Source: Octopus sinensis (Eukaryota). Taken from it: 64,000 nucleotides of DNA. The first letter of the stretch is position 1; the number at the start of each line of letters is the position of its first letter. A program made the position numbers and the translations under genes. Below are positions 26,885-39,267 of this stretch, one piece after another. A model generated the notes under the pieces. The model searched no databases. It saw only the letters and a program-made list of their open reading frames with translations, and had not been told where the DNA came from. The DNA is taken from the NCBI RefSeq assembly GCF_006345805.1, contig NC_043005.1, positions 81,778,001 to 81,842,000 on the forward strand. The letters are read 5' to 3'.

Positions 26885-28756
26885 GTATGTATACATATAA
26901 AAAGTTAAGCAGAGTTACACGTTATAGTACTGACTAAGGGATAGGATATCTGTATTTACTATCGGAATCAGTTACCCGTGCTATCTCTGGGCATGGGTAT
27001 ACAGGCACACTATGCTCGTTGGGTACAGGTAAAAACAGAATAAAAAGACATTTTATCAGGAATCAAATTTAAACAATCAGAAATTGGAGAAAACATTGGG
27101 TCAACAAAGAAATCAAAAGGACCACATCTCTAGATTATTTTTTAATACAAAACATGACATAACATTTCTGTGATATAACAATTCCTACGGCCGTTTCGCT
27201 TCCAATCGGTGCCTACGAAAGAATTACGAAAATAATATTCTTCAACTTCATACTATATTCGAGCTAGTACATGGAACTTCATCAGAGTGAATACAAAAGC
27301 GCCCAGAACATATACGATCGAAGATGGTATGATTTTAATATATTCAAGTGTAATGATAAGAGATGTGGAACATGTCAATACATGCATACTGGTAGATTCA
27401 TTACAACATAAAAGGGACAGCTTTTCGTAAATGCAGATATGAACTGCAAAAGTAGAAATTTGATATATCTCATTAAATACTCGAATGCAAAGAACTATGT
27501 ACTGATATACACACACAAACACACACACACATACCCACAGACACCCCCCCCACACACACAAATATATATATATATATATGTATGTATTTATGTGTGTATG
27601 TATATGTGTAATTATATACATGCATGGATGTGAAAACGACTAAGAAATCTCGATTCAAAATCTTGAAGTATACAGTAGGAAAGTTGTAGATTTTGTGAAA
27701 AAATTTGTGAATATGTCTGCATTTCTTTTATTTTCAGTTGGTGTACTTCATATACCTAAGGAACTTCATGTAATACAACCTTTGATGGCGACCGTCTGCA
27801 ACTTTTAACCTTTAAACTGCAAACGGTTAAGAATCTTGGCCTGGTTTGATGTATTGCGATGACACTCGAGACTAAATTAAATGTGAGTATTGATGCAAAC
27901 TAATCAGGAATGTGAAGCAAAGAGAAGAATTTTGTGTTGAAAACAAATCAAAAGTGATATGTTTTGACGTTGAAAAAAAAAACCAATAATGACATACGCA
28001 AATAAATAAAAAAATAATAAATCAGAAACATCTATTTAAAAAAATATTGAAATATTTTTTCATGAAATGTCACAAACAGACTTTTTTGTGTCATGTTTAT
28101 GAACATCATCCACACACATTTTTATGATCGTGTCAGGTTATTTAACCTGTTTTTGCTTCATGTATTTTTTCTATTTATGAAAATTTTTATTTTATGCAGA
28201 TTATGTAAACACAATGAGACAAACATAATATAGATACTAAATCTTACGTCTCATAATTCGCTTTAAAAGGTTGAACGAAATCGACGTAGATGAAACTATA
28301 AGTAATGGCATATAGATGTTGGGTTCAAAATACTTTGAATAGAGAAGGCTATTCACTTTCTTTTTTTGTTCACAGAGTTCTTAACCTAATATTGAGACAG
28401 TATTATTTATAGTTTTATCTAAGGCGAGTTCGAGTTAAACGGTCCTTCAGAATTCTTATGGTTTAAATTCTTGTTTCATATTCAATAAATGCTCTTCGGA
28501 AAATAAAGAAAAGTGTATTGCCCTCTGTAATTCATCTTCCGTGAATCAGCTGGAAAACTTTTAGCTATATAATTTTACTTGCGTTCTTGTAAATGAATCG
28601 GTTTTTTAAGAATATTTCCTTAAGAGGCCTGGTTATATGATGCATGCTACATAAGCGTTATTCAAATTTATATAATGATAAAATTTGACCATCATCGGCA
28701 AACATATTTGCCACGCCAGAAAGACAGTTTGTTAATAAAACTCATTTTATACAGAA

Positions 28757-28757
<1 letters not shown>

Positions 28758-28798
<41 letters not shown>

Positions 28799-28854
28799 TA
28801 ATAATAATAATAATAATGAGGAGGAGGAGGAGGAGGAGGAGGAGTAGGAGGAGG
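28758..28854. repeat. (AAT)n switching to (AGG)n trinucleotide microsatellite
   Basis: Directly visible. Confidence 0.95.
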
Positions 28855-29027
28855 GTGGAGAATTTGCAGAAAACAGCACTGCTTGGAATCGCTTGAATTC
28901 TCTGGATGGTGCTCGAAGAATAAGGGGTGTTACCTTAGTTCACTGATAGTGAACAGCTGGCACCGTAGTACATCTCCAGCGTTAGAAGCTGTGCAAAAGC
29001 AATAATAATAATAATAATAATAATAAT
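28855..29027 (+). mobile_element. 5'-truncated R4/Dong-type (RLE) LINE 3' end with (AAT)n tail
   Basis: VENLQKTALLGIA*IL matches the C-terminal LQKxALLGTAxILR motif of RLE LINEs. It is followed by a short 3'UTR and (AAT)n. Confidence 0.7.
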
Positions 29028-29504
29028 GTTGTGAAGAAAAAATCCAAACAGAACTTATATAATTTTCACAGAAGCTATAATTGCTTTGCAAGAATCAAAT
29101 ACATGTTTAACATCAAAATATTATACACTAAACGCTAACTGATGCTATACTAAAATTGCTTTTAAATTATACTATTTTAATAAATGTTATAAAAGTATTG
29201 AAGAGCATTATAAATAATGATAGCCTAAACCAATATCTCTTGATATAAATATTGGAATGTTTGTAAAATTTCAGTTGTCGTTTTGTAATTAAAATTTATT
29301 TAATTACAGTCTAACGAATTCCACCTTGAGTATATGGTAGTTAGAGGAATCCAAAGAAAATGTTTATAATTCTTAACATTTTAACGAAAACATAACAAGA
29401 ATTGAAAATATTTGCTAAAGAAACGGATTTTAGAAGAAAAGATTATTTTAAGAGCAAAAATATAATAAACGGTTAAAATTTTAGCACAAAGCAAATTTAG
29501 AGGT

Positions 29505-29682
29505 TGAGTTAAGTCAGTTACATCCGTCTCAGCTCTTGATCATTTTTAAAATTTTATTGAACGGAAGCAGACGAACGGCGAAGCTGACCTCCACGTAATT
29601 TGGAGTCAGAATGTGGAGACTGATGGGATATCTGAAAGGGTTTCTTTCTGGTAGGTCTAACGATTCTGCCAGGTAGCCATCT
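29505..29682 (-). mobile_element. Degenerate SINE family A
   Basis: aagtcagttacatc...ggcgaagctgacctc..aatttggagtcagaa...ctgccagg.agcc. Confidence 0.5.
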
Positions 29683-29929
29683 TAAGCGTCATTATAATAA
29701 TAACAAGTACTTAATTGATGATGGCTTAAGTTTAATTCAGGTGGGTATTGATCTATAATACGTGCAAAATGATAAGGAAAGGGACGGACGGAATACAGTG
29801 GAAGACAAGTGAAGTGAACAGAATAAAAAATATAAAACGCCATATTGCCTTCCCTCCTACACACACATGTATGTATGTATGTATGTATGTATGTATGTAT
29901 GTATGTATGTATGTATGTATGTATGTGTG

Positions 29930-29987
<58 letters not shown>

Positions 29988-30045
29988 GCGGCAACACATC
30001 GTGACGTATATTTGCCATTTGAATATGGCTAACCCTATATATATA

Positions 30046-30205
30046 GTTGAAATTTACAGACGAACAAAAGACGAAGGCAGGTGTATGAGCAACAAACATG
30101 TGTATTAATTTGACTCTCGGGAGAGTGAGAAAGTCTTTTTACGTTTCGAGCCTACAACAAAAAGGAATAAGAGAAAATAAACAAAAAGAGATTTCTAAAA
30201 AGCTT
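30046..30205 (-). mobile_element. PLE pLTR-like fragment, same family as 61293-61515, with the CUG segment of the HHR-like motif deleted
   Basis: Shares aacaaaagacgaaggcaggtg...aaagtcttt..gtttcgagcctac with the 61 kb copy. Retains GCUC-GAAA-CG-UA^AAA on the minus strand. Confidence 0.6.
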
Positions 30206-30694
30206 GCGGTCAAACTGGCGGTCAGAAACATTTACGCATCTATATAATCATTATCACATCATACTTGGAAGCGACACACAAATAGAGAAAACATCAACAA
30301 GATGTGTCACCTATCTTACCGATGCGCTTTAGTGAATCTTAATTTTACTTCCTAAATTTCTTTATGTTGATATATTTACTCATCATTTAGTTTCTGCTAT
30401 TCTTGTTGACGATCACGTCGCCTTTATTTCTCTGTGAGTTCTTTGTTCTACTTTTGGCAGTGCTTTCTCTCCTCAACAATTCACGTGCGACATTAACTTA
30501 TTTTGATAATGGCCGTCACCCTTCTACAGTTCAAATTTGATCGATTTCTCTGTGACTAATTTCATACTCTGTTTGACTCTAGCTAATGTGTTTTCTGTCT
30601 GGAAAGTTTCCTCCGCCAAAATTGTCATTACTACACCACTCACATAAATCTCTATTAAGTCTCTTCCGCTATTTATGTTTCCGCCATGGTCATG

Positions 30695-30734
<40 letters not shown>

Positions 30735-30801
30735 TATTATATGTGTGTATGTGTGTGTGTGTGTGTGTACGTATGTTTGTATGCATTATATATTTAAGTA
30801 C

Positions 30802-30837
<36 letters not shown>

Positions 30838-31286
30838 AGATATACATAATATACACGAGTTCATTTCAACTGAACAGTACTATCGGCAAGAGCCTTCTAC
30901 TGTAACGTTAAGTGTGTGCAAATGAAATTCTTATTTCATTATGCCGGCTGCCGTCTAATGAGTAGTGATTTAGTTTTTCCGGATTGCATCATGGATATTA
31001 CGATATAATGTAGGATAAATATAATAATAACAATAATTCTAGGATGGAATTTATAAATATTTAATACACTGCTACACATGTTGCCACATTTCACGACTTT
31101 AAGGTCAGATTCCGTATCCTTGCGATGAGTAGAGTAGAGACCGTAGGATCCACGGCCATCCAGTTGATAATATTGATACTAATGATATTGTTATTATTAT
31201 AATATTCTTATATATAAAAAGAAAGAAAGAAAGAAAGAAGACAGATATGTTGAGATTCACTACAGTAGGGTGAGATACTCTCTCTC

Positions 31287-31685
31287 TTTTTACTCTTTTA
31301 CTTGTTTCAGTCATTTGACTGCGGCCATGCTGTAGCACCGCCTTTAGTCGAGCAAATCGACCCCCAGACTTATTCTTTGTAAGCCCAGTACTTATTCCAT
31401 CGGTTTCTTTTGCCAAACCGCTAAGTGACGGGGACGTAAACACACCAGCATCGGTTGTCAAGCAATGCTAGGAAGACAAACACAGACACACAAACACATA
31501 CATACACACATATATATATATACATATATACGACAGGCTTCTTTCAGTTTCCGTCTACCAAATCCACTCACAAGGCAATGGTCGGTCCGGGGCTCTAGCA
31601 GAAGGCACTTGCCCAAGATGCCAAGCAGTGGGACTGAACCCGGAACCATGTGGTCGGTTAGCAAGCAACTTACAACACAGCCACT
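31287..31685 (-). mobile_element. Near full-length SINE family B with internal (TA/CA) microsatellite
   Basis: Reverse complement gives tggctgtgttgtaag...ggttccgggttcagtccc (B box), gcttgacaaccgatgctgg, and tail gactgaaacaagtaaaagagtaaaa. Confidence 0.9.
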
Positions 31686-32309
31686 AAACCGATTGCTTCG
31701 TGATAAAAAAAAAAATCTTCGAGTGATTTAAAACTTAAAATTAAAAATCTGGGCCAGAAAAAATATCGTCTCTTTTTGGCAACAAGTAAGTGAATCTATA
31801 CTGGAGCCTAACCAGGTATACTAATACGGGTGGCGTTCATAAACCGTCAAGAGACAAAGCAACTCTAAATTATTACGGTTTAATAGGATGTAAGAGATAA
31901 ACTTAAAGATGATGACAGAGAGAAAAAGGATTGAAAGATATAAAGATAAGAGGAAGACAGAAAGAACGAAAAAAATCGGTGTGAGGTGGGAGACTATTAA
32001 TCTAGAAGAGCAGAGTGGAGAACAGTGGGGCCAAAATTACTGGCTTCAAACTGCGAGATTACAGATTAAAGGAATAGGATCATTTACGATGACGAATACT
32101 TTCATACACATATTTCATACAATTCCTGCGCACGAACACAAGCAAAAATATGTATGTATATATACATATATTCACACGCATTCATATATATATATATATA
32201 ATATATATACATACATACACATATATTTGCATCCCCATAAACTTACATGCGCAAGTATGGATATCAATACAATACACACATGAACTCATATATATATATA
32301 TATATATAT

Positions 32310-32573
32310 ATGGCCCAGTGGTTAGGGCAGCAGAGTCGCGGTCGTAGGATCGCGGTTTCGATTCCCAGACCGGGCATTGTGAGTGCTTATTAAGCGAAGA
32401 CACCTAGATCTCTACGAGGCTCCGGTAGGGCGTGGTGGCAATCCCTGCTGTACTCTTTCGCAAAAATTTTCTCTCTTTCTTCTGTTGGCCTGGTCGCATT
32501 CGAAGGCTAGAACAATGCGTACGCATTGTGACCAGCGATGTATAGCAACATCTGATAGCTTGTTCGGTCACGT

Positions 32574-32575
<2 letters not shown>
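32310..32575 (+). mobile_element. SINE family D head with a different 3' part
   Basis: tggcccagtggttagggcagc...ttcgattcccagaccggg is nearly identical to 38890-39000. Sequence after about 32470 diverges from that copy. Confidence 0.8.
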
Positions 32576-32632
<57 letters not shown>

Positions 32633-33049
32633 CATATATTAAAGAAAGCACACACGTCCGTCATCAGATGATTTACCTCATTTATTTCTACTCACGCAAA
32701 GTCTACATTGATGTACACGCACGCCTACGAATACGTTAACGTCGACCGTGATTTGGTGTAGTTATCCTAAGAATGCATTGCTTCAAACGAATCCTATAAA
32801 AATTGTGTGTTTGTGTGTATGTTTCTTTTCTTTTTCTTTATGTGTGTGTGTGTGTCTGTGTGAGTGAGTGTTTGTCGTTGTGTTGCGCTTCTTCATCTAA
32901 TTTTGAAATATGGTTATTTTCTGCCCCAGCTACATAACGGTTCAGGAAAAGTACCGAGATTTTCAAGTACCAAACTTGTAAAAAGTATGTACTGGTGTCG
33001 ATTTCCTCGGTTCAGCGCCTCGAAGCATTGCCTCACTTTGGCTGCACTC

Positions 33050-33068
33050 CAATATACATACATACATA

Positions 33069-33117
<49 letters not shown>

Positions 33118-33380
33118 TTATATATATATTATATAATATATATATATAATATATATATTATATATACACAGATACATATACATATATATTATACATACAT
33201 ATATATATTATATATACACAGATACATATACATATATATTATACATACATATATATATATGTATATATTATACAAACATATAAATATATATACATATATG
33301 TATATATATGTGTATATATATACATATACACATATATATATATATATATATATATATTCATATATATATTATATATATAG

Positions 33381-33413
<33 letters not shown>

Positions 33414-33875
33414 GATATATATTATATATATAATATATTATATATGCATATATATATATAGATATATTATATATATATATAATATATATATTATGCATAT
33501 ATATATATATGCATATATATATATGCATATATATATGCATATATATATGCATATATATATATGCATATTATATACATATATATATATGCATATATATATG
33601 CATATATATATATGCATATATATAGCATATATATATACATATATATATATGCATATATAAATAATATATATATATAGATATATATATATATGCATATATA
33701 AATATATATATATATATATAGATATATTATATGCATATATAAATATATATATATATAGATAGATATATATATAATGCATATATAAATATATATATATATA
33801 GATAGATATATATATATATATATGCATATATAAATATATATATATAGATAGATATATATATAGATATATATATGC

Positions 33876-33914
<39 letters not shown>

Positions 33915-34130
33915 TATATAAATATATATATATATGTATGTATATATATATATATTATATATATATATTATATATTATATATAATATTATATATATATGC
34001 ATATATAAATATATATATATATAATATATATAATATATATATATAATATATAGATATATATATATAGATATATATATATTATATAATATATATATATATA
34101 TATATATCTATATATATACATATATATATA
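33050..34130. repeat. ~1.1-kb (TA)n array with higher-order variants (atatgcat, tagata, taaata; 2 x 50-bp unit at ~33150-33250)
   Basis: Directly visible; abuts the tail of the large palindromic element. Confidence 0.95.
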
Positions 34131-34217
34131 TGTAGGTCCCGGGTTGATCCGGGGTTAACCACAGTAAGTAAGGTACTCAATACATAGCAGAGTAAAATTA
34201 ATTTATTATATAGAAGG

Positions 34218-34268
34218 AGCTTCTACAGGACTAGTACTGTTTCATTCAAGAGAAATCTTCAGGAAGCT
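34218..34268 (-). ncRNA. Type I hammerhead ribozyme (left arm of giant palindrome)
   Basis: Reverse complement reads AGCUUC-CUGAAGA-U-UUC-UCUU-GAA-U-GAAA-CAG-UACUAGUC-CUG-UA^GAAGCU. Loop 3 contains the palindrome ACUAGU. Cleavage is between 34224 and 34223. Confidence 0.75.
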
Positions 34269-34603
34269 ATTTAACAAGAATTGTATTAGCATTTATACAT
34301 TTAGGCAGGTTTAAAGGAGTGGTGGTGGGGGACTTTTTTGGGGGTAGGCATAGCGCAAAATATCATACTCGGGGTGGTCAAGGAGTCAGTGGTAAGTTAG
34401 ATGAAAGAATAGATAAATAAAAAAATAAAATAAAAAATAAAAAATAAAAAATAAAATAAAAAATAAAAAATAAAATATAAAAAAGATAAAAAATAAAAAT
34501 AAAAAAATAAAAAAATAAAATGTGTGCACATACATACATAAACACATATACATACACACACACATACGTACACATGTGTGCCTATACATACCTACACATA
34601 CAC

Positions 34604-34676
<73 letters not shown>

Positions 34677-34998
34677 ATCAAATACAGGCCCATTCCCTAA
34701 TTTTAATTTTATTATCTTCATTTATTACTTTTGTTATCTTTGATCGCTAGGGCTAAGGATCCTGGCGATGGCAGCATGTCCAATTGTCTGTCTACTAGAA
34801 GGCAAGTACTCGTTCCCGCACGCACACTCATTAGCATTTACATACACCCATTCGTACACTCATACACATACACGTACGCACGCGTTATATTCATACATAC
34901 AAACATCTACATACGTTCACGTATATACACATACGTACTCGTACCTACAGATTCATGTCTATACTTTAGGAGGCTAGTCTATATATATACACCAATAA

Positions 34999-35035
<37 letters not shown>

Positions 35036-35100
35036 TACACACACACACACACATATATATACTCCTACATACAGATACATACCCATATATATATACATAT

Positions 35101-35143
<43 letters not shown>

Positions 35144-35147
35144 CATA

Positions 35148-35178
<31 letters not shown>

Positions 35179-35394
35179 CATACATACACACACACACATA
35201 TATATACACACACATACATACACATATATATACATACACAAACATATATACACACATATATATATATACATATATACACACATACATACACACACCTACA
35301 TACATATACACACAAACACATACATACGTAAACATACATACATACATCCATACATCCATACTTACATGCATTTATACGCATACATACACCCCCA

Positions 35395-35459
<65 letters not shown>

Positions 35460-35519
35460 TCACACATACATATACAAATATACGCCCACACATACATACA
35501 TACATACACGTATACGCAT

Positions 35520-35950
35520 ACACGCACATACACATATACATGCGTACCCATACACGTGCACACACGCACATGCATCCATATATATACACACACACACACA
35601 TATATACACGTGTGCAAGCATACATACATACTCATACACGCACACATACTTACATATACATATATGCACACACTTACACACATATATACATACACATATA
35701 CATGCATACATACATATATGCATACATACACATACACGCACATACACATATACACATGCGTACCCATACACGTGCACGCACGCACGCGCATCCATATATA
35801 TACACACACACACATATATATACACGTGTGCAAGCATACATACATACTCATACACGCGCACATACTTACATATACATATATGCACACACTTACACACATA
35901 TATACATACACATATACATGCATACATACATATATGCATACATACATACA
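35520..35950. repeat. Tandem 2 x ~216-bp CA/TA-derived unit, mirrored at ~35970-36400
   Basis: tgcgtacccatacacgtgca occurs at 35541 and 35757; gtgtgcaagcatacatacatactc also occurs twice per arm. Confidence 0.85.
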
Positions 35951-36459
35951 CACACGCGTACATGCGCGTGTGTGTATGTATGCATATATGTATGTATGCA
36001 TGTATATGTGTATGTATATATGTGTGTAAGTGTGTGCATATATGTATATGTAAGTATGTGCGCGTGTATGAGTATGTATGTATGCTTGCACACGTGTATA
36101 TATATGTGTGTGTGTGTATATATATGGATGCGCGTGCGTGCGTGCACGTGTATGGGTACGCATGTGTATATGTGTATGTGCGTGTATGTGTATGTATGCA
36201 TATATGTATGTATGCATGTATATGTGTATGTATATATGTGTGTAAGTGTGTGCATATATGTATATGTAAGTATGTGTGCGTGTATGAGTATGTATGTATG
36301 CTTGCACACGTGTATATATGTGTGTGTGTGTGTATATATATGGATGCATGTGCGTGTGTGCACGTGTATGGGTACGCATGTATATGTGTATGTGCGTGTA
36401 TGCGTATACGTGTATGTATGTATGTATGTGTGGGCGTATATTTGTATATGTATGTGTGA

Positions 36460-36506
<47 letters not shown>

Positions 36507-36722
36507 TGGGGGTGTATGTATGCGTATAAATGCATGTAAGTATGGATGTATGGATGTATGTATGTATGTTTACGTATGTATGTGTTTGTGTGTATATGTA
36601 TGTAGGTGTGTGTATGTATGTGTGTATATATGTATATATATATATGTGTGTATATATGTTTGTGTATGTATATATATGTGTATGTATGTGTGTGTATATA
36701 TATGTGTGTGTGTGTATGTATG

Positions 36723-36803
<81 letters not shown>

Positions 36804-37237
36804 ATATGTATATATATATGGGTATGTATCTGTATGTAGGAGTATATATATGTGTGTGTGTGTGTGTATGTGTATATGTGTATATATATATGTATATGTA
36901 TATATATATGTATATTTATTGGTGTATATATATAGACTAGCCTCCTAAAGTATAGACATGAATCTGTAGGTACGAGTACGTATGTGTATATACGTGAACG
37001 TATGTAGATGTTTGTATGTATGAATATAACGCGTGCGTACGTGTATGTGTATGAGTGTACGAATGGGTGTATGTAAGTGCTAATGAGTGTGCGTGCGGGA
37101 ACGAGTACTTGCCTTCTAGTAGACAGACAATTGGACATGCTGCCATCGCCAGGATCCTTAGCCCTAGCGATCAAAGATAACAAAAGTAATAAATGAAGAT
37201 AATAAAATTAAAATTAGGGAATGGGCCTGTATTTGAT

Positions 37238-37314
<77 letters not shown>

Positions 37315-37645
37315 GTGTATGTGTAGGTATGTATAGGCACACATGTGTACGTATGTGTGTGTGTATGTATATGTGTTTATGTATGTATGTGCACACATTT
37401 TATTTTTTATTTTTTATTTTATTTTTATCTTTTTTATATTTTATTTTTTATTTTTTTATTTATTTTTTATTTTTTATTTTTTATTTTATTTTTTTATTTA
37501 TCTATTCTTTCATCTAACTTACCACTGACTCCTTGACCACCCCGAGTATGATATTTTGCGCTATGCCTACCCCCAAAAAAGTCCCCCACCACCACTCCTT
37601 TAAACCTGCCTAAATGTATAAATGCTAATACAATTCTTGTTAAAT

Positions 37646-37696
37646 AGCTTCCTGAAGATTTCTCTTGAATGAAACAGTACTAGTCCTGTAGAAGCT
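37646..37696 (+). ncRNA. Type I hammerhead ribozyme (right arm of giant palindrome)
   Basis: agcttc-ctgaaga-tttctcttgaat-gaaa-cagtactagtcctg-ta^gaagct; cleavage is after 37690. Confidence 0.75.
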
Positions 37697-37712
37697 CCTT
37701 CTATATAATAAA

Positions 37713-37754
<42 letters not shown>

Positions 37755-38205
37755 ATAAATCTCTCTATATATATATTACATATCTGTGTATTTGTGCGTG
37801 TGTGTGTATGGACGAATATATATATATATGTCTATCTCTTGCTGCTGTCGTTATTACATTTGATGTTTGTCACTGCTGATTATTTTTCCTGGCTAATATT
37901 GCTGTTGTTTTTTTGGCGCTATATTCTATCAAATATAATGTGCAGCCTGACATTTCTTTATGTTTGTTTTCTACAGTGATGCATATCCGAATTATGCACC
38001 AGTTGCTTTACCATCTATTTTCCACATTTCTATATAAGATGCAATTGCATCTTTCCTCTTCTTTGCAAATACACTCGCATATAGAGGGACACACACACGC
38101 GCGCACAAATATCTGTAAGCAGTTGCATTGATAATCGTAAGCTTACATATGTATATACACACATGTATGTGTGTGTATATGTGCATTTGTGCGTCCGAGT
38201 GTATA

Positions 38206-38403
38206 GGCGCAGGCCTGGTTATGTGGTAATAGTAAGAAACGTGCTTTCCAACTACATGGTTCCAGGTTCAGTACCACTGCGTCGCATATTCGACAAACGT
38301 CTTCTACTAAAGGCCCTAGCGGAGCAAATCTTTAGTAGGACAGTTCGTAGAGAGATTTAGAGAAGACTGTCGTTTATACATACACACACACATACACACA
38401 TAC

Positions 38404-38434
<31 letters not shown>

Positions 38435-38829
38435 TGCATATTTATAGGCGCTGGAGTTACTGTGTGGTAATCCGCTTCCTTCATAACCACATGGTTCTGT
38501 GTTCAGTCCCACTGCGTCGCACCTTGGTCAAGTGTCTTCTACTATAACCACACGCCAACGAAAGCCTTCTGAGTCAAAGAAACCGTCATGTATGTGTGTA
38601 TATATATATATATATATATGCATGTATGTTTGTATCTGTCTTTGTCCTCCCAGCATCACTTGACGACCGATGTTGCTGTGTCTACGTCTCCTGTAACCTA
38701 GCGGTTCGGCAAAAATTACCTGATAGAATAAATGTTAGGCTTACAAAGAATAAGTATTGGGGTCGATTTGTTCGACTGAAGGCTTTGCTGCACCTTGGTC
38801 GCAGTCAAATGATTGAAAGAATTAAAGGA

Positions 38830-38830
<1 letters not shown>
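38206..38830 (+). mobile_element. Two adjacent SINE family B copies (5' half 38206-38375; near-complete 38447-38830)
   Basis: Both start ggcgc.gg...tgtggta and carry gttcagt.ccactgcg. The second has the full 3' body. Confidence 0.85.
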
Positions 38831-38877
<47 letters not shown>

Positions 38878-38878
<1 letters not shown>

Positions 38879-39267
38879 GAGGCACAATGGCCCAGTGGTT
38901 AGGGCAGCGGACTCGCGGTCATAGGATCGCGGTTTCGACGATTCCCAGACCGGGCGTTGTGAGTGTTTATTGAGCGAAAACACCTAAAGCTCCACGAGGC
39001 TCCGGCAGGGGATGGTGGTGATCCCTGCTGTGCTCTTTCACCGCAACTTTCTCTCACTCTTACTTCCTGTTTCTGTTGTACCTGTATTTCAAAGGGCCGG
39101 CCTTGTCACTTTCTGTGTCACGCTGAATATCCCCGAGAACTACGTTAAAGGTACACGTGTCTGTGGAGTGCTCAGCCACTTACACGTTAATTTCACGAGC
39201 AGGCTGTTCCGTTGATTCGGATCAACCGGAACCCTCGTCGTCGTAACCGACGGACTGCTTCCATCCA
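38878..39267 (+). mobile_element. Full-length tRNA-derived SINE family D
   Basis: A box tggcccagtgg, B-box-like ttcgacgattccc, central body, and tail cgtcgtcgtaaccgacggactgcttcca. Confidence 0.9.

Larger units (their letters stand above)
34131..37712 (-). mobile_element. Giant fold-back HHR element: 71-bp unpaired tail plus ~3.5-kb palindrome (arms ~1.75 kb, ~6-nt loop near 35959-35964)
   Basis: 34202-34220 pairs with 37694-37712, and 34741-34753 pairs with 37161-37173. The centre is cacacgcg-tacatg-cgcgtgtg. ORFs 34768..34977(+) and 36937..37146(-) are identical except for one residue. Confidence 0.9.

Noticed and set aside
34731-37183. Very long ORFs (432, 379 and 595 aa) in the ORF track
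   Set aside because: Translations of CA/TA/TG microsatellites (Y/I/H/T/V/C/M only), duplicated by the palindrome; stop codons are simply absent from such repeats.
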